The notes beneath the pieces are model-generated. The model had not been told where the DNA came from. It ran no database searches and saw nothing but the letters and a program-made list of their open reading frames with translations. The translations under genes and the position numbers were made by a program. 64,000 nt of DNA from Auanema rhodensis (Eukaryota; Animalia; Nematoda), in contig OZ059894.1 in assembly GCA_964057225.1 (NCBI GenBank), positions 4,154,001-4,218,000 on the forward strand, written 5' to 3'. Position 1 is the first letter of the stretch. Every line of letters begins with the position of its first letter. Shown piece after piece: positions 26,700 to 40,699 of the stretch.

Positions 26700-29600
26700 G
26701 TCGATCTGTGTTATCAGATTTGCGCTAGCTTAAAAATGCACCGAGATATCAACTGATATAAGTTCACACTTATATCCTCGATTTTCACCCTGAAGAATTA
26801 ATTTTTTCGTTGAATAACATTGTCCATCGTCTTTGCCTTGAAAAATGGAATCTAAAAACATCTACTTTTTGCTAAATTATTTTGAAATTTTTCGAAACAA
26901 TTTTTGTCAAAATGTTTTTGGAAGCAATGTTGAGTGTACATGGAAACTCAACATACACTAATGCATTATTTTTCAAACGATCATACCTAATTTTTGTATC
27001 AAGCGTTTCTCAATGTAGTATAGTGCATTCGATGCGGATTTTTAAGCTGCGTCGATCTGTGTTATCAGATTTGCGCTAGCTTAAAAATGCACCGAGATAT
27101 CAACTGATATAAGTTCACACTTATATCCTCGATTTTCACCCTGAAGAATTAATTTTTTCGTTGAATAACATTGTCCATCGTCTTTGCCTTGAAAAATGGA
27201 ATCTAAAAACATCTACTTTTTGCTAAATTATTTTAAAATTTTTCGAAACAATTTTTGTCAAAATGTTTTTGGAAGCAATGTTGAGTGTACATGGAAACTC
27301 AACATACACTAATGCATCATTTTTCAAACGATCATAACTAATTTTTGTATTAAGCTTTTCTCAATGTAGTATAGTGCATTCGATGCGGATTTTTAAGCTG
27401 CGTCGATCTGTGTTATCAGATTTGCGCTAGCTTAAAAATGCACCGAGATATCAACTGATATAAGTTCACACTTATATCCTCGATTTTCACCCTGAAGAAT
27501 TAATTTTTTCGTTGAATAACATTGTCCATCGTCTTTGCCTTGAAAAATGGAATCTTAAAACATCTACTTTTTGCTAAATTATTTTGAAATTTTTCGAAAA
27601 AATTTTTGTCAAAATGTTTTTGGAAGCAATGTTGAGTGTACATGGAAACTCAACATACACTAATGCATCATTTTTCAAACGATCATAACTAATTTTCGTA
27701 TCAAGTGTTTCTCAATGTTATATAGTGCATTCGATGCGGATTTTCAAGCTGCGTCGATCTGTATTATCAGATTTGCGCTAGCTTAAAAATGCACCGAGAT
27801 ATCAACTGATATAAGTTCACACTTATATCCTCGATTTTCACCCTGAAGAATTAATTTTTTCGTTGAATAACATTGTCCATCGTCTTTGCCTTGAAAAATG
27901 GAATCTAAAAACATCTACTTTTTGCTAAATTATTTTGAAATTTTTCGAAACAATTTTTGTCAAAATGTTTTTGGAAGCAATGTTGAGTGTACATGGAAAC
28001 TCAACATACACTAATGCATTATTTTTCAAACGATCATACCTAATTTTTGTATCAAGCGTTTCTCAATGTAGTATAGTGCATTCGATGCGGATTTTTAAGC
28101 TGCGTCGATCTGTGTTATCAGATTTGCGCTAGCTTAAAAATGCACCGAGATATCAACTGATATAAGTTCACACTTATATCCTCGATTTTCACCCTGAAGA
28201 ATTAATTTTTTCGTTGAATAACATTGTCCATCGTCTTTGCCTTGAAAAATGGAATCTAAAAACATCTACTTTTTGCTAAATTATTTTAAAATTTTTCGAA
28301 ACAATTTTTGTCAAAATGTTTTTGGAAGCAATGTTGAGTGTACATGGAAACTCAACATACACTAATGCATCATTTTTCAAACGATCATAACTAATTTTTG
28401 TATTAAGCTTTTCTCAATGTAGTATAGTGCATTCGATGCGGATTTTTAAGCTGCGTCGATCTGTGTTATCAGATTTGCGCTAGCTTAAAAATGCACCGAG
28501 ATATCAACTGATATAAGTTCACACTTATATCCTCGATTTTCACCCTGAAGAATTAATTTTTTCGTTGAATAACATTGTCCATCGTCTTTGCCTTGAAAAA
28601 TGGAATCTTAAAACATCTACTTTTTGCTAAATTATTTTGAAATTTTTCGAAAAAATTTTTGTCAAAATGTTTTTGGAAGCAATGTTGAGTGTACATGGAA
28701 ACTCAACATACACTAATGCATCATTTTTCAAACGATCATAACTAATTTTCGTATCAAGTGTTTCTCAATGTTATATAGTGCATTCGATGCGGATTTTCAA
28801 GCTGCGTCGATCTGTATTATCAGATTTGCGCTAGCTTAAAAATGCACCGAGATATCAACTGATATAAGTTCACACTTATATCCTCGATTTTCACCCTGAA
28901 GAATTAATTTTTTCGTTGAATAACATTGTCCATCGTCTTTGCCTTGAAAAATGGAATCTAAAAACATCTACTTTTTGCTAAATTATTTTGAAATTTTTCG
29001 AAACAATTTTTGTCAAAATGTTTTTGGAAGCAATGTTGAGTGTACATGGAAACTCAACATACACTAATGCATTATTTTTCAAACGATCATACCTAATTTT
29101 TGTATCAAGCGTTTCTCAATGTAGTATAGTGCATTCGATGCGGATTTTTAAGCTGCGTCGATCTGTGTTATCAGATTTGCGCTAGCTTAAAAATGCACCG
29201 AGATATCAACTGATATAAGTTCACACTTATATCCTCGATTTTCACCCTGAAGAATTAATTTTTTCGTTGAATAACATTGTCCATCGTCTTTGCCTTGAAA
29301 AATGGAATCTAAAAACATCTACTTTTTGCTAAATTATTTTAAAATTTTTCGAAACAATTTTTGTCAAAATGTTTTTGGAAGCAATGTTGAGTGTACATGG
29401 AAACTCAACATACACTAATGCATCATTTTTCAAACGATCATAACTAATTTTTGTATTAAGCTTTTCTCAATGTAGTATAGTGCATTCGATGCGGATTTTT
29501 AAGCTGCGTCGATCTGTGTTATCAGATTTGCGCTAGCTTAAAAATGCACCGAGATATCAACTGATATAAGTTCACACTTATATCCTCGATTTTCACCCTG

Positions 29601-29900
29601 AAGAATTAATTTTTTCGTTGAATAACATTGTCCATCGTCTTTGCCTTGAAAAATGGAATCTTAAAACATCTACTTTTTGCTAAATTATTTTGAAATTTTT
29701 CGAAAAAATTTTTGTCAAAATGTTTTTGGAAGCAATGTTGAGTGTACATGGAAACTCAACATACACTAATGCATCATTTTTCAAACGATCATAACTAATT
29801 TTCGTATCAAGTGTTTCTCAATGTTATATAGTGCATTCGATGCGGATTTTCAAGCTGCGTCGATCTGTGTTATCAGATTTGCGCTAGCTTAAAAATGCAC
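26700..29900. repeat. 3-mer higher-order repeat (1053 bp), three near-identical copies; boundaries approximate
   Basis: GCATTATT plus CATACCT monomer at ORFs 26882, 27935, 28988, each followed by a TTAAGCTT monomer and a TTTCGTA/GTTATA monomer. Confidence 0.9.
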
Positions 29901-30199
29901 CGAGATATCAACTGATATAAGTTCACACTTATATCCTCGATTTTCACCCTGAAGAATTAATTTTTTCGTTGAATAACATTGTCCATCGTCTTTGCCTTGA
30001 AAAATGGAATCTAAAAACATCTACTTTTTGCTAAATTATTTTAAAATTTTTCGAAACAATTTTTGTCAAAATGTTTTTGGAAGCAATGTTGAGTGTACAT
30101 GGAAACTCAACATACACTAATGCATCATTTTTCAAACGATCAAACCTAATTTTTGTATCAAGCGTTTCTCAATGTAGTATAGTGCATTCGATGCGGATT

Positions 30200-33100
30200 T
30201 TTAAGCTGCGTCGATCTGTGTTATCAGATTTGCGCTAGCTTAAAAATGCACCGAGATATCAACTGATATAAGTTCACACTTATATCCTCGATTTTCACCC
30301 TGAAGAATTAATTTTTTCGTTGAATAACATTGTCCATCGTCTTTGCCTTGAAAAATGGAATCTTAAAACATCTACTTTTTGCTAAATTATTTTGAAATTT
30401 TTCGAAACAATTTTTGTCAAAATGTTTTTGGAAGCAATGTTGAGTGTACATGGAAACTCAACATACACTAATGCATCATTTTTCAAACGATCATACCTAA
30501 TTTTTGTATCAAGCGTTTCTTAATGTAGTATAGTGCATTCGATCCGGATTTTTAAGCTGCGTCGATCTGTGTTATCAGATTTGCGCTAGCTTAAAAATGG
30601 ACCGAGATATCAACTGATATAAGTTCACACTTATATCCTCGATTTTCACCCTGAAGAAATAATTTTTTCGTTGAAAAACATTGTCCATCGTCTTTGCCTT
30701 GAAAAAAGGAATCTAAAAACATCTAATTTTTGCTGAATTATTTTGAAATTTTTCGAAAAAATTTTTGTCAAAATGTTTTTGGAAGCAATGTTGAGTGTAC
30801 ATGGAAACTCAACATACACTAATGCATCATTTTTCAAACGATCATACCTAATTTTTGTATCAAGCGTTTCTCAATGTAGTATAATGCATTCGATGCGGAT
30901 TTTTAAGCTGCGTCGATCTGTGTTATCAGATTTGCGCTAGCTTAAAAATGCACCGAGATATCAACTGATATAAGTTCACACTTATATCCTCGATTTTCAC
31001 CCTGAAGAAATAATTTTTTCGTTGAATAACATTGTCCATCGTCTTTGCCTTGAAAAATGGAATCTTAAAACATCTACTTTTTGCTAAATTATTTTGAAAT
31101 TTTTCGAAAAAATTTTTGTCAAAATGTTTTTGGAAGCAATGTTGAGTGTACATGGAAACTCAACATACACTAATGCATCATTTTTCAAACGATCATAACT
31201 AATTTTCGTATCAAGTGTTTCTCAATGTTATATAGTGCATTCGATGCGGATTTTCAAGCTGCGTCGATCTGTGTTATCAGATTTGCGCTAGCTTAAAAAT
31301 GCACCGAGATATCAACTGATATAAGTTCACACTTATATCCTCGATTTTCACCCTGAAGAATTAATTTTTTCGTTGAATAACATTGTCCATCGTCTTTGCC
31401 TTGAAAAATGGAATCTTAAAACATCTACTTTTTGCTAAATTATTTTGAAATTTTTCGAAACAATTTTTGTCAAAATGTTTTTGGAAGCAATGTTGAGTGT
31501 ACATGGAAACTCAACATACACTAATGCATCATTTTTCAAACGATCATACCTAATTTTTGTATCAAGCGTTTCTTAATGTAGTATAGTGCATTCGATCCGG
31601 ATTTTTAAGCTGCGTCGATCTGTGTTATCAGATTTGCGCTAGCTTAAAAATGCACCGAGATATCAACTGATATAAGTTCACACTTATATCCTCGATTTTC
31701 ACCCTGAAGAAATAATTTTTTCGTTGAAAAACATTGTCCATCGTCTTTGCCTTGAAAAAAGGAATCTAAAAACATCTAATTTTTGCTGAATTATTTTGAA
31801 ATTTTTCGAAAAAATTTTTGTCAAAATGTTTTTGGAAGCAATGTTGAGTGTACATGGAAACTCAACATACACTAATGCATCATTTTTCAAACGATCATAC
31901 CTAATTTTTGTATCAAGCGTTTCTCAATGTAGTATAGTGCATTCGATGCGGATTTTTAAGCTGCGTCGATCTGTGTTATCAGATTTGCGCTAGCTTAAAA
32001 ATGCACCGAGATATCAACTGATATAAGTTCACACTTATATCCTCGATTTTCACCCTGAAGAAATAATTTTTTCGTTGAATAACATTGTCCATCGTCTTTG
32101 CCTTGAAAAATGGAATCTTAAAACATCTACTTTTTGCTAAATTATTTTGAAATTTTTCGAAAAAATTTTTGTCAAAATGTTTTTGGAAGCAATGTTGAGT
32201 GTACATGGAAACTCAACATACACTAATGCATCATTTTTCAAACGATCATAACTAATTTTCGTATCAAGTGTTTCTCAATGTTATATAGTGCATTCGATGC
32301 GGATTTTCAAGCTGCGTCGATCTGTGTTATCAGATTTGCGCTAGCTTAAAAATGCACCGAGATATCAACTGATATAAGTTCACACTTATATCCTCGATTT
32401 TCACCCTGAAGAATTAATTTTTTCGTTGAATAACATTGTCCATCGTCTTTGCCTTGAAAAATGGAATCTAAAAACATCTACTTTTTGCTAAATTATTTTA
32501 AAATTTTTCGAAACAATTTTTGTCAAAATGTTTTTGGAAGCAATGTTGAGTGTACATGGAAACTCAACATACACTAATGCATCATTTTTCAAACGATCAT
32601 ACCTAATTTTTGTATCAAGCGTTTCTCAATGTAGTATAGTGCATTCGATGCGGATTTTTAAGCTGCGTCGATCTGTGTTATCAGATTTGCGCTAGCTTAA
32701 AAATGCACCGAGATATCAACTGATATAAGTTCACACTTATATCCTCGATTTTCACCCTGAAGAATTAATTTTTTCGTTGAATAACATTGTCCATCGTCTT
32801 TGCCTTGAAAAATGGAATCTTAAAACATCTACTTTTTGCTAAATTATTTTGAAATTTTTCGAAACAATTTTTGTCAAAATGTTTTTGGAAGCAATGTTGA
32901 GTGTACATGGAAACTCAACATACACTAATGCATCATTTTTCAAACGATCATACCTAATTTTTGTATCAAGCGTTTCTTAATGTAGTATAGTGCATTCGAT
33001 CCGGATTTTTAAGCTGCGTCGATCTGTGTTATCAGATTTGCGCTAGCTTAAAAATGCACCGAGATATCAACTGATATAAGTTCACACTTATATCCTCGAT

Positions 33101-34750
33101 TTTCACCCTGAAGAAATAATTTTTTCGTTGAAAAACATTGTCCATCGTCTTTGCCTTGAAAAAAGGAATCTAAAAACATCTAATTTTTGCTGAATTATTT
33201 TGAAATTTTTCGAAAAAATTTTTGTCAAAATGTTTTTGGAAGCAATGTTGAGTGTACATGGAAACTCAACATACACTAATGCATCATTTTTCAAACGATC
33301 ATACCTAATTTTTGTATCAAGCGTTTCTCAATGTAGTATAGTGCATTCGATGCGGATTTTTAAGCTGCGTCGATCTGTGTTATCAGATTTGCGCTAGCTT
33401 AAAAATGCACCGAGATATCAACTGATATAAGTTCACACTTATATCCTCGATTTTCACCCTGAAGAAATAATTTTTTCGTTGAATAACATTGTCCATCGTC
33501 TTTGCCTTGAAAAATGGAATCTTAAAACATCTACTTTTTGCTAAATTATTTTGAAATTTTTCGAAAAAATTTTTGTCAAAATGTTTTTGGAAGCAATGTT
33601 GAGTGTACATGGAAACTCAACATACACTAATGCATCATTTTTCAAACGATCATAACTAATTTTCGTATCAAGTGTTTCTCAATGTTATATAGTGCATTCG
33701 ATGCGGATTTTCAAGCTGCGTCGATCTGTGTTATCAGATTTGCGCTAGCTTAAAAATGCACCGAGATATCAACTGATATAAGTTCACACTTATATCCTCG
33801 ATTTTCACCCTGAAGAATTAATTTTTTCGTTGAATAACATTGTCCATCGTCTTTGCCTTGAAAAATGGAATCTAAAAACATCTACTTTTTGCTAAATTAT
33901 TTTAAAATTTTTCGAAACAATTTTTGTCAAAATGTTTTTGGAAGCAATGTTGAGTGTACATGGAAACTCAACATACACTAATGCATCATTTTTCAAACGA
34001 TCATACCTAATTTTTGTATCAAGCGTTTCTCAATGTAGTATAGTGCATTCGATGCGGATTTTTAAGCTGCGTCGATCTGTGTTATCAGATTTGCGCTAGC
34101 TTAAAAATGCACCGAGATATCAACTGATATAAGTTCACACTTATATCCTCGATTTTCACCCTGAAGAATTAATTTTTTCGTTGAATAACATTGTCCATCG
34201 TCTTTGCCTTGAAAAATGGAATCTTAAAACATCTACTTTTTGCTAAATTATTTTGAAATTTTTCGAAACAATTTTTGTCAAAATGTTTTTGGAAGCAATG
34301 TTGAGTGTACATGGAAACTCAACATACACTAATGCATCATTTTTCAAACGATCATACCTAATTTTTGTATCAAGCGTTTCTTAATGTAGTATAGTGCATT
34401 CGATCCGGATTTTTAAGCTGCGTCGATCTGTGTTATCAGATTTGCGCTAGCTTAAAAATGCACCGAGATATCAACTGATATAAGTTCACACTTATATCCT
34501 CGATTTTCACCCTGAAGAAATAATTTTTTCGTTGAAAAACATTGTCCATCGTCTTTGCCTTGAAAAAAGGAATCTAAAAACATCTAATTTTTGCTGAATT
34601 ATTTTGAAATTTTTCGAAAAAATTTTTGTCAAAATGTTTTTGGAAGCAATGTTGAGTGTACATGGAAACTCAACATACACTAATGCATCATTTTTCAAAC
34701 GATCATAACTAATTTTTGTATCAAGCGTTTTTCAATGTAGTATAGTGCAT
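30200..34750. repeat. 3-mer then 4-mer higher-order repeat (1053 then 1404 bp); boundaries approximate
   Basis: GATCCGG at 30541, 31594, 32998, 34402; GTTGAAAAAC plus TCTAATT monomer at ORFs 30646, 31699, 33103, 34507. Confidence 0.85.
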
Positions 34751-37700
34751 TCGATGCGGATTTTTAAGCTGCGTCGATCTGTGTTATCAGATTTGCGCTA
34801 GCTTAAAAATGCACCGAGATATCAACTGATATAAGTTCACACTTATATCCTCGATTTTCACCCTGAAGAAATAATTTTTTCGTTGAATATTATTGTCCAT
34901 CGTCTTTGCCTTGAAAAATGGAATCTTGAAACATCTACTTTTTGCTAAATTATTTTGAAATTTTTCGAAAAAATTTTTGTCAAAATGTTTTTGGAAGCAA
35001 TGTTGAGTGTACATGGAAACTCAACATACACTAATGCATCATTTTTCAAACGATCATAACTAATTTTTGTATCAAGTGTTTCTCAATGTAATATAGTGCA
35101 TTCGATGCGGATTTTTAAGCTGCGTCGATCTGTGTTATCAGATTTGCGCTAGCTTAAAAATGCACCGAGATATCAACTGATATAAGTTCACACTTATATC
35201 CTCGATTTTCACCCTGAAGAATTAATTTTTTCGTTGAATAACATTGTCCATCGTCTTTGCCTTGAAAAATGGAATCTAAAAACATCTACTTTTTGCTAAA
35301 TTATTTTGAAATTTTTCGAAACAATTTTTGTCAAAATGTTTTTGGAAGCAATGTTGAGTGTACATGGAAACTCAACATACACTAATGCATCATTTTTCAA
35401 ACGATCATACCTAATTTTTGTATCAAGCGTTTCTCAATGTAGTATAGTGCATTCGATGCGGATTTTTAAGCTGCGTCGATCTGTGTTATCAGATTTGCGC
35501 TAGCTTAAAAATGCACCGAGATATCAACTGATATAAGTTCACACTTATATCCTCGATTTTCACCCTGAAGAATTAATTTTTTCGTTGAATAACATTGTCC
35601 ATCGTTTTTGCCTTGAAAAATGGAATCTTAAAACATCTACTTTTTGCTAAATTATTTTGAAATTTTTCGAAAAAATTTTTGTCAAAATGTTTTTGGAAGC
35701 AATGTTGAGTGTACATGGAAACTCAACATACACTAATGCATCATTTTTCAAACGATCATAACTAATTTTTGTATTAAGTGTTTTTCAATGTAGTATAGTG
35801 CATTCGATGCGGATTTTTAAGCTGCGTCGATCTGTGTTATCAGATTTGCGCTAGCTTAAAAATGCACCGAGATATCAACTGATATAAGTTCACACTTATA
35901 TCCTCGATTTTCACCCTGAAGAAATAATTTTTTCGTTGAAAAACATTGTCCATCGTCTTTGCCTTGAAAAAAGGAATCTAAAAACATCTAATTTTTGCTG
36001 AATTATTTTGAAATTTTTCGAAAAAATTTTTGTCAAAATGTTTTTGGAAGCAATGTTGAGTGTACATGGAAACTCAACATACACTAATGCATCATTTTTC
36101 AAACGATCATAACTAATTTTTGTATCAAGCGTTTTTCAATGTAGTATAGTGCATTCGATGCGGATTTTTAAGCTGCGTCGATCTGTGTTATCAGATTTGC
36201 GCTAGCTTAAAAATGCACCGAGATATCAACTGATATAAGTTCACACTTATATCCTCGATTTTCACCCTGAAGAAATAATTTTTTCGTTGAATATTATTGT
36301 CCATCGTCTTTGCCTTGAAAAATGGAATCTTGAAACATCTACTTTTTGCTAAATTATTTTGAAATTTTTCGAAAAAATTTTTGTCAAAATGTTTTTGGAA
36401 GCAATGTTGAGTGTACATGGAAACTCAACATACACTAATGCATCATTTTTCAAACGATCATAACTAATTTTTGTATCAAGTTTTTCTCAATGTAGTATAG
36501 TGCATTCGATGCGGATTTTTAAGCTGCGTCGATCTGTGTTATCAGATTTGCGCTAGCTTAAAAATGCACCGAGATATCAACTGATATAAGTTCACACTTA
36601 TATCCTCGATTTTCACCCTGAAGAAATAATTTTTTCGTTGAAAAACATTGTCCATCGTCTTTGCCTTGAAAAAAGGAATCTAAAAACATCTAATTTTTGC
36701 TGAATTATTTTGAAATTTTTCGAAAAAATTTTTGTCAAAATGTTTTTGGAAGCAATGTTGAGTGTACATGGAAACTCAACATACACTAATGCATCATTTT
36801 TCAAACGATCATAACTAATTTTTGTATCAAGCGTTTTTCAATGTAGTATAGTGCATTCGATGCGGATTTTTAAGCTGCGTCGATCTGTGTTATCAGATTT
36901 GCGCTAGCTTAAAAATGCACCGAGATATCAACTGATATAAGTTCACACTTATATCCTCGATTTTCACCCTGAAGAAATAATTTTTTCGTTGAATATTATT
37001 GTCCATCGTCTTTGCCTTGAAAAATGGAATCTTGAAACATCTACTTTTTGCTAAATTATTTTGAAATTTTTCGAAAAAATTTTTGTCAAAATGTTTTTGG
37101 AAGCAATGTTGAGTGTACATGGAAACTCAACATACACTAATGCATCATTTTTCAAACGATCATAACTAATTTTTGTATCAAGCGTTTTTCAATGTAGTAT
37201 AGTGCATTCGATGCGGATTTTTAAGCTGCGTCGATCTGTGTTATCAGATTTGCGCTAGCTTAAAAATGCACCGAGATATCAACTGATATAAGTTCACACT
37301 TATATCCTCGATTTTCACCCTGAAGAAATAATTTTTTCGTTGAATATTATTGTCCATCGTCTTTGCCTTGAAAAATGGAATCTTGAAACATCTACTTTTT
37401 GCTAAATTATTTTGAAATTTTTCGAAAAAATTTTTGTCAAAATGTTTTTGGAAGCAATGTTGAGTGTACATGGAAACTCAACATACACTAATGCATCATT
37501 TTTCAAACGATCATAACTAATTTTTGTATCAAGCGTTTTTCAATGTAGTATAGTGCATTCGATGCGGATTTTTAAGCTGCGTCGATCTGTGTTATCAGAT
37601 TTGCGCTAGCTTAAAAATGCACCGAGATATCAACTGATATAAGTTCACACTTATATCCTCGATTTTCACCCTGAAGAATTAATTTTTTCGTTGAATAACA

Positions 37701-40699
37701 TTGTCCATCGTCTTTGCCTTGAAAAATGGAATCTAAAAACATCTACTTTTTGCTAAATTATTTTAAAATTTTTCGAAACAATTTTTGTCAAAATGTTTTT
37801 GGAAGCAATGTTGAGTGTACATGGAAACTCAACATACACTAATGCATCATTTTTCAAACGATCATAACTAATTTTTGTATCAAGCGTTTCTTAATGTAGT
37901 ATAGTGCATTCGATCCGGATTTTTAAGCTGCGTCGATCTGTGTTATCAGATTTGCGCTAGCTTAAAAATGCACCGAGATATCAACTGATATAAGTTCACA
38001 CTTATATCCTCGATTTTCACCCTGAAGAAATAATTTTTTCGTTGAAAAACATTGTCCATCGTCTTTGCCTTGAAAAAAGGAATCTAAAAACATCTAATTT
38101 TTGCTGAATTATTTTGAAATTTTTCGAAAAAATTTTTGTCAAAATGTTTTTGGAAGCAATGTTGAGTGTACATGGAAACTCAACATACACTAATGCATCA
38201 TTTTTCAAACGATCATAACTAATTTTTGTATCAAGCGTTTTTCAATGTAGTATAGTGCATTCGATGCGGATTTTTAAGTTGCGTCGATCTGTGTTATCAG
38301 ATTTGCGCTAGCTTAAAAATGCACCGAGATATCAACTGATATAAGTTCACACTTATATCCTCGATTTTCACCCTGAAGAATTAATTTTTTCGTTGAATAA
38401 CATTGTCCATCGTCTTTGCCTTGAAAAATGGAATCTAAAAACATCTACTTTTTGCTAAATTATTTTGAAATTTTTCGAAACAATTTTTGTCAAAATGTTT
38501 TTGGAAGCAATGTTGAGTGTACATGGAAACTCAACATACACTAATGCATCATTTTTCAAACGATCATACCTAATTTTTGTATCAAGCGTTTCTCAATGTA
38601 GTATAGTGCATTCGATGCGGATTTTTAAGTTGCGTCGATCTGTGTTATCAGATTTGCGCTAGCTTAAAAATGCACCGAGATATCAACTGATATAAGTTCA
38701 CACTTATATCCTCGATTTTCACCCTGAAGAATTAATTTTTTCGTTGAATAACATTGTCCATCGTCTTTGCCTTGAAAAATGGAATCTAAAAACATCTACT
38801 TTTTGCTAAATTATTTTGAAATTTTTCGAAACAATTTTTGTCAAAATGTTTTTGGAAGCAATGTTGAGTGTACATGGAAACTCAACATACACTAATGCAT
38901 CATTTTTCAAACGATCATAACTAATTTTTGTATCAAGTGTTTCTCAATGTTATATAGTGCATTCGATGCGGATTTTCAAGCTGCGTCGATCTGTGTTATC
39001 AGATTTGCGCTAGCTTAAAAATGCACCGAGATATCAACTGATATAAGTTCACACTTATATCCTCGATTTTCACCCTGAAGAATTAATTTTTTCGTTGAAT
39101 AACATTGTCCATCGTCTTTGCCTTGAAAAATGGAATCTTGAAACATCTACTTTTTGCTAAATTATTTTGAAATTTTTCGAAAAAATTTTTGTCAAAATGT
39201 TTTTGGAAGCAATGTTGAGTGTACATGGAAACTCAACATACACTAATGCATCATTTTTCAAACGATCATAACTAATTTTTGTATCAAGTGTTTCTCAATG
39301 TAATATAGTGCATTCGATGCGGATTTTTAAGCTGCGTCGATCTGTGTTATCAGATTTGCGCTAGCTTAAAAATGCACCGAGATATCAACTGATATAAGTT
39401 CACACTTATATCCTCGATTTTCACCCTGAAGAATTAATTTTTTCGTTGAATAACATTGTCCATCGTCTTTGCCTTGAAAAATGGAATCTAAAAACATCTA
39501 CTTTTTGCTAAATTATTTTGAAATTTTTCGAAACAATTTTTGTCAAAATGTTTTTGGAAGCAATGTTGAGTGTACATGGAAACTCAACATACACTAATGC
39601 ATCATTTTTCAAACGATCATAACTAATTTTTGTATCAAGTGTTTCTCAATGTAATATAGTGCATTCGATGCGGATTTTTAAGCTGCGTCGATCTGTGTTA
39701 TCAGATTTGCGCTAGCTTAAAAATGCACCGAGATATCAACTGATATAAGTTCACACTTATATCCTCGATTTTCACCCTGAAGAATTAATTTTTTCGTTGA
39801 ATAACATTGTCCATCGTCTTTGCCTTGAAAAATGGAATCTAAAAACATCTACTTTTTGCTAAATTATTTTGAAATTTTTCGAAACAATTTTTGTCAAAAT
39901 GTTTTTGGAAGCAATGTTGAGTGTACATGGAAACTCAACATACACTAATGCATCATTTTTCAAACGATCATAACTAATTTTGGTATCAAGCGTTTCTTAA
40001 TGTAGTATAGTGCATTCGATGGGGATTTTTAAGCTGCGTCGATCTGTGTTATCAGATTTGCGCTAGCTTAAAAATGCACCGAGATATCAACTGATATAAG
40101 TTCACACTTATATCCTCGATTTTCACCCTGAAGAATTAATTTTTTCGTTGAATAACATTGTCCATCGTCTTTGCCTTGAAAAATGGAATCTAAAAACATC
40201 TACTTTTTGCTAAATTATTTTGAAATTTTTCGAAACAATTTTTGTCAAAATGTTTTTGGAAGCAATGTTGAGTGTACATGTAAACTCAACATACACTAAT
40301 GCATCATTTTTCAAACGATCATAACTAATTTTTGTATCAAGCGTTTTTCAATGTAGTATAGTGCATTCGATGCGGATTTTTAAGCTGCGTCGATCTGTGT
40401 TATCAGATTTGCGCTAGCTTAAAAATGCACCGAGATATCAACTGATATAAGTTCACACTTATATCCTCGATTTTCACCCTGAAGAAATAATTTTTTCGTT
40501 GAATATTATTGTCCATCGTCTTTGCCTTGAAAAATGGAATCTTGAAACATCTACTTTTTGCTAAATTATTTTGAAATTTTTCGAAAAAATTTTTGTCAAA
40601 ATGTTTTTGGAAGCAATGTTGAGTGTACATGGAAACTCAACATACACTAATGCATCATTTTTCAAACGATCATAACTAATTTTTGTATCAAGTGTTTCT

